Positions 48,925 to 58,727 of a DNA stretch of 60,526 bases are shown one piece after another. Under the pieces are notes generated by a model. The model did no database searches and was not told the DNA's origin. It saw only the letters and a list, made by a program, of their open reading frames with translations. This DNA is from an uncultured archaeon (lineage in GTDB: Archaea > Asgardarchaeota > Thorarchaeia > Thorarchaeales > Thorarchaeaceae): assembly GCA_964458565.1 (NCBI GenBank), contig CAYWJO010000017.1, positions 1-60,526 of the forward strand. The letters run 5' to 3'. The position numbers and the translations under genes are program-made. Positions within the stretch are counted from its first letter, which is position 1. Each line of letters begins with the position of its first letter.

Positions 48925-50904
48925 TTAGAGTAGTCCACATATCCAAAGTACGATTTGAAGGGCTAATTGATCATTGTCAGTGGAATAGTATTCATTCAGA
49001 AGTGCCCAATTATCAATCATGAAATTGCTTCCAGTAAGTACGAATCTCCCGCCACCTGTTCCTTCGGATGATGCAAGTAGTTCGTTTCCACTTCCTCTTG
49101 CAAGAATATCTGCTTCAATGGGGACATCAAGCCCCGCTCCATTATAGTCAAAGGAACCAATTCCACTTGTAATTGGATGTGCAAATAAATTCTCAACCTC
49201 GAATGTATTTCCAATAAGAGGGATTTGATTATATAACAGCGAGAATCCTGTCCAATCTATGAAATCATTCAATGTTGCCACATCAAGAGTCTCATTAGAT
49301 AGAGCCACAATGAATATTCCTCCTCCCGCATTGAAATAATCTTCATAGGCTTGTTTCTCTGTGTTTGTAAATGGTATTGAGAAGATTGTTGGATTTAGCG
49401 GCGTCGATTCATTTACATCCCATGCAAAAGGATCGAGAATGAGAACACCATCGAATTCTTGGAGATAACTCAATGTTATTTCTGATGATTCTCGAATCTC
49501 AGTGACTGAGATATCATTATCGACGAGAAGTGAATACAATTCTCTAAATTGACCATATGTTGTATCAATTGACCATGTAGTATGCGAAATATCGAATGCT
49601 ACTCTTGCTGTTGACTCAGTTGCGGTAAATTGTATATTCATTGTATCTGAACCATATTCTGTTGAACTAAAGTTAATTTCTGCTTCATAGGTCGAACTCG
49701 GTCCGATTAGTGGTACTTGCACTGTAAGAGGTACATACCCTGTCTGATTTATTGTCACTTGATCCGGTGCATCAAAGACTGTTGGTGTTGTACTTTCTAT
49801 TGTTACATCATAGATTGTGTTCCAACTATTGATTATCTGAAGATTGAAGATGTATGTATCACCGTAGAATAGTTTCTCATATTCAATTGGTAATGACTGA
49901 GGTTGAATGTATGTGATAGCAGGAAGTTTGTCTTTAGCAGTATCCGAAATCGCATTAATCGCTCCTAGCAGATTTGCTCTACCTGCACCAACTTCATACT
50001 CGGATGCCGCAAGCGACGTTGCACCTTTCATGAGTGCTGCTTTTATTGATCCTGGTGTGTAAAGGATATCATTCTCAATACAATACGCAATGAGTTGAGC
50101 TGCCATTCCTGCAACTCTAGGAGATGAAAAGCTGGTGCCCTGATATACTGAACCAACATCAACAACGTACCCATCAGCTGCTACATCTGGTTTCATATTT
50201 CTGTTTGATGTGGGTCCACGACTCGAAAAACCCATGGGGCTACCAGTACTACTTATTGCGGCTACAGAAATCACACCGGGAAGAATGCTTGGTGAATTGA
50301 TACTATTTCCCTGAACCCCATCTTCATTCTCATTTCCAGCGGCAGCTACAACCACTACACCTTGTCCAACCGCCCACTCAACTACATCCTCCAGTGGATC
50401 ACCATAGGTAGGCATTGATCCAAGGCTTAGATTAATGACACTGCAATTGACCTCTACTGCCCAATAGATAGCATCAACAATTGCAAGTGTTGGTGCTGAC
50501 CCACTATCATCCAGGACTTTTGCATTTACAATCATCGCGTTTGCGCTATTGTCTAGAATAGTTTTAGCTACAAGTGTCCCGTGTGCGACACCGTCAGAGC
50601 TGGAATCTCCTGTCGTAGGATCGTTCTGACTATAACCATATTGAATTTGAATGAAACTTCGTTCGTTAGCAATTCTACCTAACAGTGTTGAGTCTATGTT
50701 GATTCCAGAATCTATGACCGCTACTTTAATCTCTTCATCTGAATTGATTGTAGGCGTTTGATTTAGATAATCATAGATGAAAACAGTTCCTGCTCCTATT
50801 ATTATCAACATTATAATCATAATTGCAGCAATCTTTGATATGTTGGATGATGATTTCTCTGTTTGATTAACAGGATTCCAATAATAGTCGGTGGCGTACC
50901 TCAT
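48925..50904 (-). CDS. Membrane-anchored subtilisin-like (S8) serine protease with C-terminal DUF4350/GATase-like domain
   Basis: VAVIDSG, HGT, AAGN, FSSRGP, KPDV, GTSFSSP; N-terminal TM helix; C-terminal VAFDISH...YFNAGGGIFI. Confidence 0.9.
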   Translation of the reverse strand: MRYATDYYWNPVNQTEKSSSNISKIAAIMIIMLIIIGAGTVFIYDYLNQTPTINSDEEIKVAVIDSGINIDSTLLGRIANERSFIQIQYGYSQNDPTTGDSSSDGVAHGTLVAKTILDNSANAMIVNAKVLDDSGSAPTLAIVDAIYWAVEVNCSVINLSLGSMPTYGDPLEDVVEWAVGQGVVVVAAAGNENEDGVQGNSINSPSILPGVISVAAISSTGSPMGFSSRGPTSNRNMKPDVAADGYVVDVGSVYQGTSFSSPRVAGMAAQLIAYCIENDILYTPGSIKAALMKGATSLAASEYEVGAGRANLLGAINAISDTAKDKLPAITYIQPQSLPIEYEKLFYGDTYIFNLQIINSWNTIYDVTIESTTPTVFDAPDQVTINQTGYVPLTVQVPLIGPSSTYEAEINFSSTEYGSDTMNIQFTATESTARVAFDISHTTWSIDTTYGQFRELYSLLVDNDISVTEIRESSEITLSYLQEFDGVLILDPFAWDVNESTPLNPTIFSIPFTNTEKQAYEDYFNAGGGIFIVALSNETLDVATLNDFIDWTGFSLLYNQIPLIGNTFEVENLFAHPITSGIGSFDYNGAGLDVPIEADILARGSGNELLASSEGTGGGRFVLTGSNFMIDNWALLNEYYSTDNDQLALQIVLWICGLL

Positions 50905-51097
50905 ATGAACTCTATTTACCCTCCGTTCTTGAACATAGAAGAACCTATCGGAGATGGTAAAATTATGGAGGCTGTTGTAGAAAACCTTCTATATGTGGGT
51001 ATAATACAAATCATGTACAGCTGTTCTGATGAGTCAATTACAAGTTGATTTATCAGGTAAGATTTCTACCGAACATGAGAGCAAAAGAGGTAATTGA

Positions 51098-54049
51098 ATG
51101 ACCGCCAGCGAAGATACGCCTCAGGATACAGCACCACCTATTCCCTATCATTCAAGACCCATAGATGAGGTCCTATCCTCATTATCTGTGAATCCTGAAG
51201 TTGGTCTCACAAGCGCAGAAGCCAAATCACGACTGCAAAAATATGGAGCAAATAAAATCACAAAGGTCAAGGGGTCATTCTGGAAAGTATACCTTGCTCC
51301 GATTCTTAATTGGCTGATAAATATCTACATTGTCAGCTCGATAGCCCTCCTTTTCGTAGCTCTTTCATATCCGTTCTGGGCTGAGTTATTTGGTGCCACT
51401 AATCAGGAGTTGCAGAACAATGAGGTTGGTCAAGCTATCTTCTGGTTAACGATTGTACTTGTCAACTGCTTGATGGCAATCTTTCAGCAATTTCGAGCTC
51501 AAAAGAAACTGGAAGCTTTGGAGAAACTATCTACAGGTGATGTAAGAGTCATCAGAAACGGAAATGAGATGGAAATACCCCCTTTTGATGTTGTTCCTGG
51601 CGATGTTGTAAAACTAGAACAAGGTGATAAGATTCCCGCAGATGCACGTATCTTCGCAAGCTCGAATTTGACAACTAACGAAGCATCTTTGACAGGAGAG
51701 AGCGTAGCTTCCATCAAAGATCATACGATTCTCCCTGCGGATGACACTTCACTCTCAGAACGCGCTAATATGGTGTATTTTGGTACCTATGTGTCAACAG
51801 GAACCGCGACTGTTATCACTACCACCACTGGCTCTCAAACAGAAATTGGCAAAATCCAAGGTGAACTTGAATCGCTCAACACTGGCGACATCCCTCTTCG
51901 AAAGAAAGTCAATCTTCTAGCAAAATACCTTGGAATTGCTGCATTAATATTGATGTTTACAACATTCCTCTGGAGGACATTTATTGAAGGAATCATTTAC
52001 GGAAGTGGTCTGGATCTATCCGTAGATGCCATTTTAGGTAATATATCTCAGGGTATCGTAAGTGCAATGCAAATCATGCCCATTAACATCCCTCTACTCA
52101 CTACGATTGTGTTACTCACAGGTGTTCTGGCAATGGCCGGTCAAGGCGTCATCATCCGTGATTTATCTGCTGTTGAAAGTCTAGGACGTGTAAGTGTTAT
52201 TTGTTCAGATAAAACAGGAACGATGACGAAGAACGAGATGACTGTTAAATTCTGTTGGGACACTGAGAACTTGTACTCAATAACTGGTGATGGCTATGAT
52301 CCTGAGGGTAAGATATATCGAATGAAGACTCCGTCGTCACGAGAGAATGTAAATTCACCAGATTCTGTTCTCGTTACAGATGTTGTCGGATGGATGGGTC
52401 TTAACTACCTTATCACATGTGGTGGTATCAACAACGATGCTGAATTGGAATTACGTAATATCCCCGACCAGGGTGACATTTGGGTACCTCTAGGTGATCC
52501 TACCGATGCGGCTCTTCTCACATTATTTAGGAAGAGTGGGCTTGATGAAGATGAACTGAGAGAGAGGTACAAGATTGTTAAAGAATTTTCATTCGAGTCC
52601 GAGCTAAAACGAATGTCGAGGATTTGCACTGATGGTAAGAAGTACATTGCATTTGTTAAGGGTGCAACAGAGATTATACTGAAACGGAGTATTGAAAAAA
52701 TCGAACGCGGAAAACCTGGTTCTCTTGATCCCGATGAGAGGAAAGAAATAGAAGATATGGCAACAGAATGGGCGGAAAAGGGGTATCGTGTAATATCATT
52801 AGCTTATCGTATGCTAAAACACGTTCCAGAAGGTCCAAAAGCTCGTGAACAAGTAGAGAATGATTTGATATACCTTGGCTTTGCAGTTCTAGTCGATCCA
52901 CCAAGGGCTGGAGTAAAGGAAGCCGTGAATGCAGCTCATGGTGCTGGGATAAATGTAATTATGATTACTGGCGACTCAGCCGCAACCGCTAGAACTATTG
53001 CAGAAGATTTAGACATCATGAAGGCTAAGTCACTTGTTGTTGAGGGTGGTGCTATAGAATCACTGACACCACATGAGTTTGAGAGAGTAAACGTCTTTGC
53101 GCGTGTCAATCCATCTCATAAACAAATTATTGTAGAGCGATATCAGGATCAAAACAAAGTCGTTGCTATGACTGGAGATGGAGTTAATGATGCGCTTGCT
53201 TTAGCAATGAGTGATGCAGGAATAGCAATGGGGATCACAGGTACTGATGTAGCAAAAGAAGCGGCAGATATAGTAATCACGGATGATAGTTTTACTTCAA
53301 TAGTTTATGGGGTTCATGAAGGTAGGGGTCTCTTTACTAAGATACGCATGATGGTTTTCTTCTATATAGCAATAAATGTGTTTGAAGCAACCATTCTTTT
53401 TGGAGGCCTTTTCCTATTACCTGGAGTTAGTATACTCGTAGGTCTTCAGAATCTATATCTCATTGTCACTACTCATACATTTCCAGCTTTAGGTCTGATC
53501 TTTGATAAGACCTCTCCTAAGGCGATGGAAGAAAAACCACGAGACAGTGAGGAACTAATCACACAACGACTTGCAAAGTTCCTTATCTTGGACATTGTAT
53601 TGATGATAATTGGAGCTACAATCGTCTTTACGAGTACATTATGGGGTTTCATTGATGTGTCACCTGAGAATCTACAAGGATTCTATGGGGCTACTTTTGT
53701 ACAAGGTCCTATTCTTGCAAAAGCAACGGTGATGATGCTAACTGTAATACTACTTGTTGAGAGTATACTTGTATTAGTCATCAGACGTATTAATATGCCA
53801 TTACACAGGGGTATCCGCGAACCAGGCATTGAGAGGTATATCGTCTTTCTGGGACTAATTTATCTCGCACACATCCTATTGATGTATGTGCCTATTGTAC
53901 AGGAAATATTAGCCGGTGTTAATCTGAATTTCTATTTCATGCCACTAACAGTGGTTGATTGGATAATTTGCATTCTTTGTGCATTACCAGCTATTTTAGG
54001 AATGGAATTATACAAGCGATACCTGCGAGATAACGATGTGCTGTTATAG
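51098..54049 (+). CDS. P-type ATPase, P2-like, with atypical transport site
   Basis: LTGES, CSDKTGT, KGA, DPPR, TGD, GDGVND; TM4 reads MPINIP instead of IPEGLP. Confidence 0.92.
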   Translation: MTASEDTPQDTAPPIPYHSRPIDEVLSSLSVNPEVGLTSAEAKSRLQKYGANKITKVKGSFWKVYLAPILNWLINIYIVSSIALLFVALSYPFWAELFGATNQELQNNEVGQAIFWLTIVLVNCLMAIFQQFRAQKKLEALEKLSTGDVRVIRNGNEMEIPPFDVVPGDVVKLEQGDKIPADARIFASSNLTTNEASLTGESVASIKDHTILPADDTSLSERANMVYFGTYVSTGTATVITTTTGSQTEIGKIQGELESLNTGDIPLRKKVNLLAKYLGIAALILMFTTFLWRTFIEGIIYGSGLDLSVDAILGNISQGIVSAMQIMPINIPLLTTIVLLTGVLAMAGQGVIIRDLSAVESLGRVSVICSDKTGTMTKNEMTVKFCWDTENLYSITGDGYDPEGKIYRMKTPSSRENVNSPDSVLVTDVVGWMGLNYLITCGGINNDAELELRNIPDQGDIWVPLGDPTDAALLTLFRKSGLDEDELRERYKIVKEFSFESELKRMSRICTDGKKYIAFVKGATEIILKRSIEKIERGKPGSLDPDERKEIEDMATEWAEKGYRVISLAYRMLKHVPEGPKAREQVENDLIYLGFAVLVDPPRAGVKEAVNAAHGAGINVIMITGDSAATARTIAEDLDIMKAKSLVVEGGAIESLTPHEFERVNVFARVNPSHKQIIVERYQDQNKVVAMTGDGVNDALALAMSDAGIAMGITGTDVAKEAADIVITDDSFTSIVYGVHEGRGLFTKIRMMVFFYIAINVFEATILFGGLFLLPGVSILVGLQNLYLIVTTHTFPALGLIFDKTSPKAMEEKPRDSEELITQRLAKFLILDIVLMIIGATIVFTSTLWGFIDVSPENLQGFYGATFVQGPILAKATVMMLTVILLVESILVLVIRRINMPLHRGIREPGIERYIVFLGLIYLAHILLMYVPIVQEILAGVNLNFYFMPLTVVDWIICILCALPAILGMELYKRYLRDNDVLL

Positions 54050-54069
54050 GATGAAGTGAGTATGAGAAT

Positions 54070-56034
54070 ATGATCATGTCTCTACAAGGTGTCCTATCAG
54101 ATGACCCGATTTGGAATTTACTCCTAGTACTACTATTGTTCGCTATGATTGTGGGGGGTCTCTATAGATGGATTTCACGTATTCGAGAACGTCAAGTATC
54201 TATGCTGAACTCAATGCTGAATGCGCAATTCTCAGTATCAACTGCTGAGCTGTCAGAAACTCTTGATAGACGAAAATTGGACCGTTCAACAGTAATCTCC
54301 CTAGTTCGTAGAGCAGAAAACGCTGTCCTTAGTTTTGGAGGTACGAGGGTTCTATCTCGTTCAATAATGTTCGATAGAGTCAAAGACCTGTTAATTGAGA
54401 ATGCTATTGTGCACGTAAACAAGTTGGCGATTCAATGGGACCTCGATGAAAATATTATTGGCGCAATTGTTGATGAGATATCCAATCGTGAGGGTTTAGA
54501 TGTTGTACTTACAACCGATGGTGATTACATTCTTGTTCCTGATTTTAAAGCGCGGATGAAAGACAATCTGGATTTACATGGGCGATTAGATATTAACAAT
54601 GAAGCTCAAAGAATGAGAGTTTCAAAAATAGACCTGAAAAGATTGATTGAAAGTTGGAACTGGAACCTTGTTGAGTCTACAGAAGGGTTCTTGCTATCTC
54701 TTGATTGGTTGAGGGGAGTATTGGAACGTTCTGTAGAGCGAGATGGATTTCTTGATCCAACGATATTGTCTCAACGATTCGGTTTGGTTACTAAAGATAT
54801 TCTTGATGGAATCAAGACTTTTAGATGGCATGTTGTATCAACGACCGATGGTAGAATGATTCCGCTTCATCTTTTATCAGAACTCCTGAAACAGAGGTTG
54901 GAATCCGATGGAGCACTTGATATTAAGATGGAGTCTGAACGAATCAAGGTAAATGTTGAAGATTTGGAGCGAATTATGAAGGGATTTGGAGCAAATTATA
55001 TCATCACTTCTGATGGTTCTGTTTTAGCCCTTGCTTATCTAAGAGAACGTCTTCTTGATGACATAGCTCTCCTAGGAGTAATACTACCACAAGATTCAGC
55101 AAAATCCTTTGGAGTTGGCTCATCTTTGATACAGACCGTCCTTGAGAAGGAACGGAATATTCGCAAATCCAAAGGAGGTCAATACATTTCTATTTCTAAG
55201 TTTCGCGAATGGCTATTTGATACTGTCAAGAATGAAGGTACAATCTCTTCAAAATTATCTGAATCTGAATGGGGAATACGTTCTTTTGAACTTGCTGCCT
55301 TTTTGAAGAGTTTTGGAGTTCGTACAATTGCTACAAGGAATAATGATTTTCTATCTATATCTTGGGTACGTAGATGGATGCTTGGAAATCTATCTCGAGG
55401 TCTCGAAATCACTCCTGCCTTAGTTGTAGAGCGAGTAAATATTACTGAGGGTGAAGCTGAGGCATTAATCTCTCAGTTAGAGGCAGATGCATTAATGACT
55501 AGTGAGGGCGGACTGGTTCCAACAGCGAAGGTGAAAGAAGATATTCGCTATATTTTCACAGAAGAGGGTTTCTTTGACATTCAAACCTATTCCTCTGAGA
55601 AACGTCTGGATATTGCCGATGTCGAAACAATTGCAGACGAACTTGAGTTGGAGGCATTGAAGACCTCTGATGGCAGATTCTTGTCAAAGCATGCGATTTT
55701 AAAACCGCTTAGATGGAGGTTATCCAGTGATGGAATTTACGATCTTCATACCTCTGCACGGAATTTAAAATTGGACTATGAAGTCTTAGCTACTCTTGTC
55801 GAAGAAGCAATCACTGATAGCGAGTACGTTGTCGATGAGGCTGGTGTTGTTGTGACCGATAAATGGATTCAGGAGATATGCGAACATGCCCATTCGAAGG
55901 GTTATGTTCAAGTTACAGCGGCTGCGAGGGAGCGGGGTCTCCGACGAGGTGCATTTATTGCATTACTCAGGAGATACCTTAAGGGTGCATACATATCTCG
56001 TTCCGACAGTTATGTTATTTCTTCCTCATCTTAG
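54070..56034 (+). CDS. N-terminally anchored protein with tandem winged-helix-like repeats (UFL1/DDRGK-like)
   Basis: One N-terminal TM helix; ~55-aa repeats ending TTDGDYIL, STEGFLLS, TTDGRMIP, TSDGSVLA, SKGGQYIS, TRNNDFLS, TSEGGLVP, TSDGRFLS. Confidence 0.7.
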   Translation: MIMSLQGVLSDDPIWNLLLVLLLFAMIVGGLYRWISRIRERQVSMLNSMLNAQFSVSTAELSETLDRRKLDRSTVISLVRRAENAVLSFGGTRVLSRSIMFDRVKDLLIENAIVHVNKLAIQWDLDENIIGAIVDEISNREGLDVVLTTDGDYILVPDFKARMKDNLDLHGRLDINNEAQRMRVSKIDLKRLIESWNWNLVESTEGFLLSLDWLRGVLERSVERDGFLDPTILSQRFGLVTKDILDGIKTFRWHVVSTTDGRMIPLHLLSELLKQRLESDGALDIKMESERIKVNVEDLERIMKGFGANYIITSDGSVLALAYLRERLLDDIALLGVILPQDSAKSFGVGSSLIQTVLEKERNIRKSKGGQYISISKFREWLFDTVKNEGTISSKLSESEWGIRSFELAAFLKSFGVRTIATRNNDFLSISWVRRWMLGNLSRGLEITPALVVERVNITEGEAEALISQLEADALMTSEGGLVPTAKVKEDIRYIFTEEGFFDIQTYSSEKRLDIADVETIADELELEALKTSDGRFLSKHAILKPLRWRLSSDGIYDLHTSARNLKLDYEVLATLVEEAITDSEYVVDEAGVVVTDKWIQEICEHAHSKGYVQVTAAARERGLRRGAFIALLRRYLKGAYISRSDSYVISSSS

Positions 56035-56123
56035 ATGATGTATATACAAATTATACCCTACGAGAAAGTATAGAGATTGGGTATATATAGTCCATTCTAC
56101 ATTGAAGAGCATGGAGAGCTAAA

Positions 56124-56978
56124 GTGGCAAGGACGACAACATACCGGATTAGGCAGATGAAAAAGAAAGGCAAGAAGATTGTGATGCTCACATCTTATGA
56201 TGCTCCTACTGCACGCATTCTCAGCGAGAGTGGTATTGACATGATCTTAGTTGGTGATTCTGTTGGGAATTCATTACTAGGATACGAGAGTACCGTCCCA
56301 GTGACACTTGATGATATCATCCATCATTGTTCTGCAGTTTCCCGAGCGAAACCAGACAGTCTGATTATTGGAGACATGCCTTTCATGTCTTACAAGGTAA
56401 GTATAGATCAAGCACTTGCAAACTGTGGACGTATGCTACAAGACGGAGGTGCTGAAGCAGTTAAATTGGAGGGGGCTGGTAGAGTTGTGGAAGTAGTTAG
56501 AGCGGTTGTTGATTCTGGGATTCCTGTTATGGCACACATTGGATTAACACCCCAATCAATCTATCAATTCGGCGGATATCGAGTTCAAGGACGTACGCAA
56601 AACACTGCTGATGTTCTAATTGAACAAGCTAAAGCTTTGGAAGATGCTGGTGCCTTCTCCCTTGTGATTGAGTTAGTTCCATCAGAAACTGCGAAACGTA
56701 TTACTGAAGCTCTCGAAATACCTACAATCGGAATTGGTGCAGGTCCTTACTGTGACGGCCAAGTCTTGGTCCTCTGGGATATGCTTGGATTATTTAAAGA
56801 CTTCAAACCAAAATTCGTGAAGAAATATGCTGACATTCATTCTATCATAAGTGAGGCAGTCCGCACCTATGCTTCTGAAGTTCGTGAGGGGGTATTTCCA
56901 ACCAAAGCCCATAGTTTTGAGATGGATGATGAAGAATCCGGGCGCCTATATGGTCGCAATACACCTCCTGAGAAGTGA
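56124..56978 (+). CDS. panB: 3-methyl-2-oxobutanoate hydroxymethyltransferase
   Basis: MLTSYD, LVGDS, DMPF, VKLEG, HIGLTPQ, GIGAG..CDGQVLV. Confidence 0.96.
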   Translation: MARTTTYRIRQMKKKGKKIVMLTSYDAPTARILSESGIDMILVGDSVGNSLLGYESTVPVTLDDIIHHCSAVSRAKPDSLIIGDMPFMSYKVSIDQALANCGRMLQDGGAEAVKLEGAGRVVEVVRAVVDSGIPVMAHIGLTPQSIYQFGGYRVQGRTQNTADVLIEQAKALEDAGAFSLVIELVPSETAKRITEALEIPTIGIGAGPYCDGQVLVLWDMLGLFKDFKPKFVKKYADIHSIISEAVRTYASEVREGVFPTKAHSFEMDDEESGRLYGRNTPPEK

Positions 56979-57042
56979 AATTCAGATTTCCAAAAGACTT
57001 CTATCTTACTTTGAATCAGTAATTACTAAAGGTGTTTGAAAT

Positions 57043-57465
57043 ATGCCGTTCTTTGAAAGTAAGGAACAGATGATGGATGTCTTCAATGAGTTCTGGACTA
57101 GGGCTCTTGAAAAAAAAGAAGTTATGGAGAAACTCAAGAAATCTGCGTTGGTAATTCGTTTTGATATTGATGAACCAACTGTTCATATCACTATCAATCT
57201 TAGAGATGAACCGGCTGATGGCTCATACGGAACGCTCTCATTTGATTCAGATGTTGAACCTGACCTGACCGTCTGGAGCACGTCTGAGACAACAAACAAG
57301 TTTTGGCAAGGCAAACTAAACACAACAATTGCTATGGCAAGAGGCCAAGTAAAGATGAATGGTTCAATCGCCACAGCATTAGGTCTTTTATCGAAAATAA
57401 AACCCCTCTATGAAATATTTCCAAAAGTTCTCAAGGATAAAGGTTTAGACCATCTGATACTCTGA
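57043..57465 (+). CDS. SCP2 sterol/lipid-binding domain protein
   Basis: PDLTV...FWQGKLN...AMARGQVKMNG. Confidence 0.85.
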   Translation: MPFFESKEQMMDVFNEFWTRALEKKEVMEKLKKSALVIRFDIDEPTVHITINLRDEPADGSYGTLSFDSDVEPDLTVWSTSETTNKFWQGKLNTTIAMARGQVKMNGSIATALGLLSKIKPLYEIFPKVLKDKGLDHLIL

Positions 57466-57475
57466 GGTCCTTCTG

Positions 57476-58423
57476 GTGAATGAACTGTCTATGATTGATA
57501 GTCTTATAGTAACAGTTCTTGTTGATAATGTGATTGACAGCTCTACAGCATCCGCGAGTGAAAACATACTGAGCCCCTCCCAATGGACAGAAATAACTCC
57601 ATCATCAAATGGACACCTTCAAGCCGTTCATGGATTCTCAGTACTCATTGATGCTGTCAAAGCAGATGAGCGTTTTAGGGTTCTATATGATACCGGAAGT
57701 TCAGCAGAAATTCTAAAGAATAACTTGCATGTACTTGGTATTGATGCTAATACTATCCGTGAGATTGTAATCTCTCATGGGCATTGGGACCATTATGGAG
57801 GTTTGGAATGGATTTTAGGTGAAATTGAGGCTGTAGTCCCTGTTTATGTTCATGAGAAAATGTTCTATAGACGTGGTGTTAAACAGGATTCTAAAATACG
57901 CGACATAGGTCAGATGCCGCATGTTGAGCAGATTGAAGCTGCAGGGGGGAAGCCTATTGTACAATCTAGTCCTGAATTGATCGCTGGAGGACATCTACTG
58001 CTCTCCGGAGAAATTCCTCGTTTGACTTCCTTTGAGTCTGGTTTCCCTGGACATGTAGCTCTAAAGGAGGGTGAATGGGTGGATGACAGTTTACTGCTCG
58101 ATGATAGATGCATCGCGGCTAATATACAGGATAAGGGCCTATTCGTGATTAGCGGCTGTAGTCATGCTGGGATCATCAATATGCTAAATGAAGTAACAAG
58201 ATTGACTGGTATCAAAACCCTTCACGGGTTACTTGGTGGACTTCATCTTATTGGCAAAGATGAGAAACTCAAAATACCACCTACTGTTGTTGAACTACGT
58301 AATCGCAATCCCAGGTATGTTATTCCTGGGCATTGTACGGGTTGGAATGCAAAACAAATAATTGCTCAAGAATTATCTGATGTTACGCTAGGACTTAGCG
58401 TTGGTAATAGATACGTTTTTTAG
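57476..58423 (+). CDS. MBL-fold metallo-hydrolase (COG1237-like)
   Basis: HGFS, YDTG, SHGHWDHYGG, GCSHAG, GGLHL, HCTG. Confidence 0.9.
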   Translation: MNELSMIDSLIVTVLVDNVIDSSTASASENILSPSQWTEITPSSNGHLQAVHGFSVLIDAVKADERFRVLYDTGSSAEILKNNLHVLGIDANTIREIVISHGHWDHYGGLEWILGEIEAVVPVYVHEKMFYRRGVKQDSKIRDIGQMPHVEQIEAAGGKPIVQSSPELIAGGHLLLSGEIPRLTSFESGFPGHVALKEGEWVDDSLLLDDRCIAANIQDKGLFVISGCSHAGIINMLNEVTRLTGIKTLHGLLGGLHLIGKDEKLKIPPTVVELRNRNPRYVIPGHCTGWNAKQIIAQELSDVTLGLSVGNRYVF

Positions 58424-58483
58424 ATGTATCTTAACTAAAAGATTAAAAGCAAACAATTCACGATTGTTAATAGGAGATGTACA

Positions 58484-58690
58484 ATGAGTACCATTACGAA
58501 GGAAATGACAATTCTTGAGGTTGTAACAAAACACCCTGAAACCAGAGACACATTCATGGAATGGGGTCTTCACTGCTTTGGCTGTGCAGTTGCTAGATTT
58601 GAAAATATTGAGCAAGGTGCTGCAGCCCATGGCATTCCTATTGATGACCTTATCAAGGCTTTGAATGAGACAGTCGACAAGACTGAGTAG
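58484..58690 (+). CDS. DUF1858 / hybrid-cluster-associated redox disulfide protein
   Basis: ITKEMTILEVV..HP...GLHCFGC...ENIEQGAAAHG. Confidence 0.9.
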   Translation: MSTITKEMTILEVVTKHPETRDTFMEWGLHCFGCAVARFENIEQGAAAHGIPIDDLIKALNETVDKTE

Positions 58691-58693
58691 TAG

Positions 58694-58719
58694 TGTTTGG
58701 GGTGATAATTACCCCAACA
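58694..58719. terminator. Hairpin between convergent genes
   Basis: TTGGGGT...ACCCCAA. Confidence 0.5.
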
Positions 58720-58727
58720 TACCAATT

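Noticed and set aside
57043-57465. SCP2 gene as a split SCP-x partner of the thiolase at 20037
   Set aside because: 36 kb apart in a different operon; no sequence evidence of linkage.
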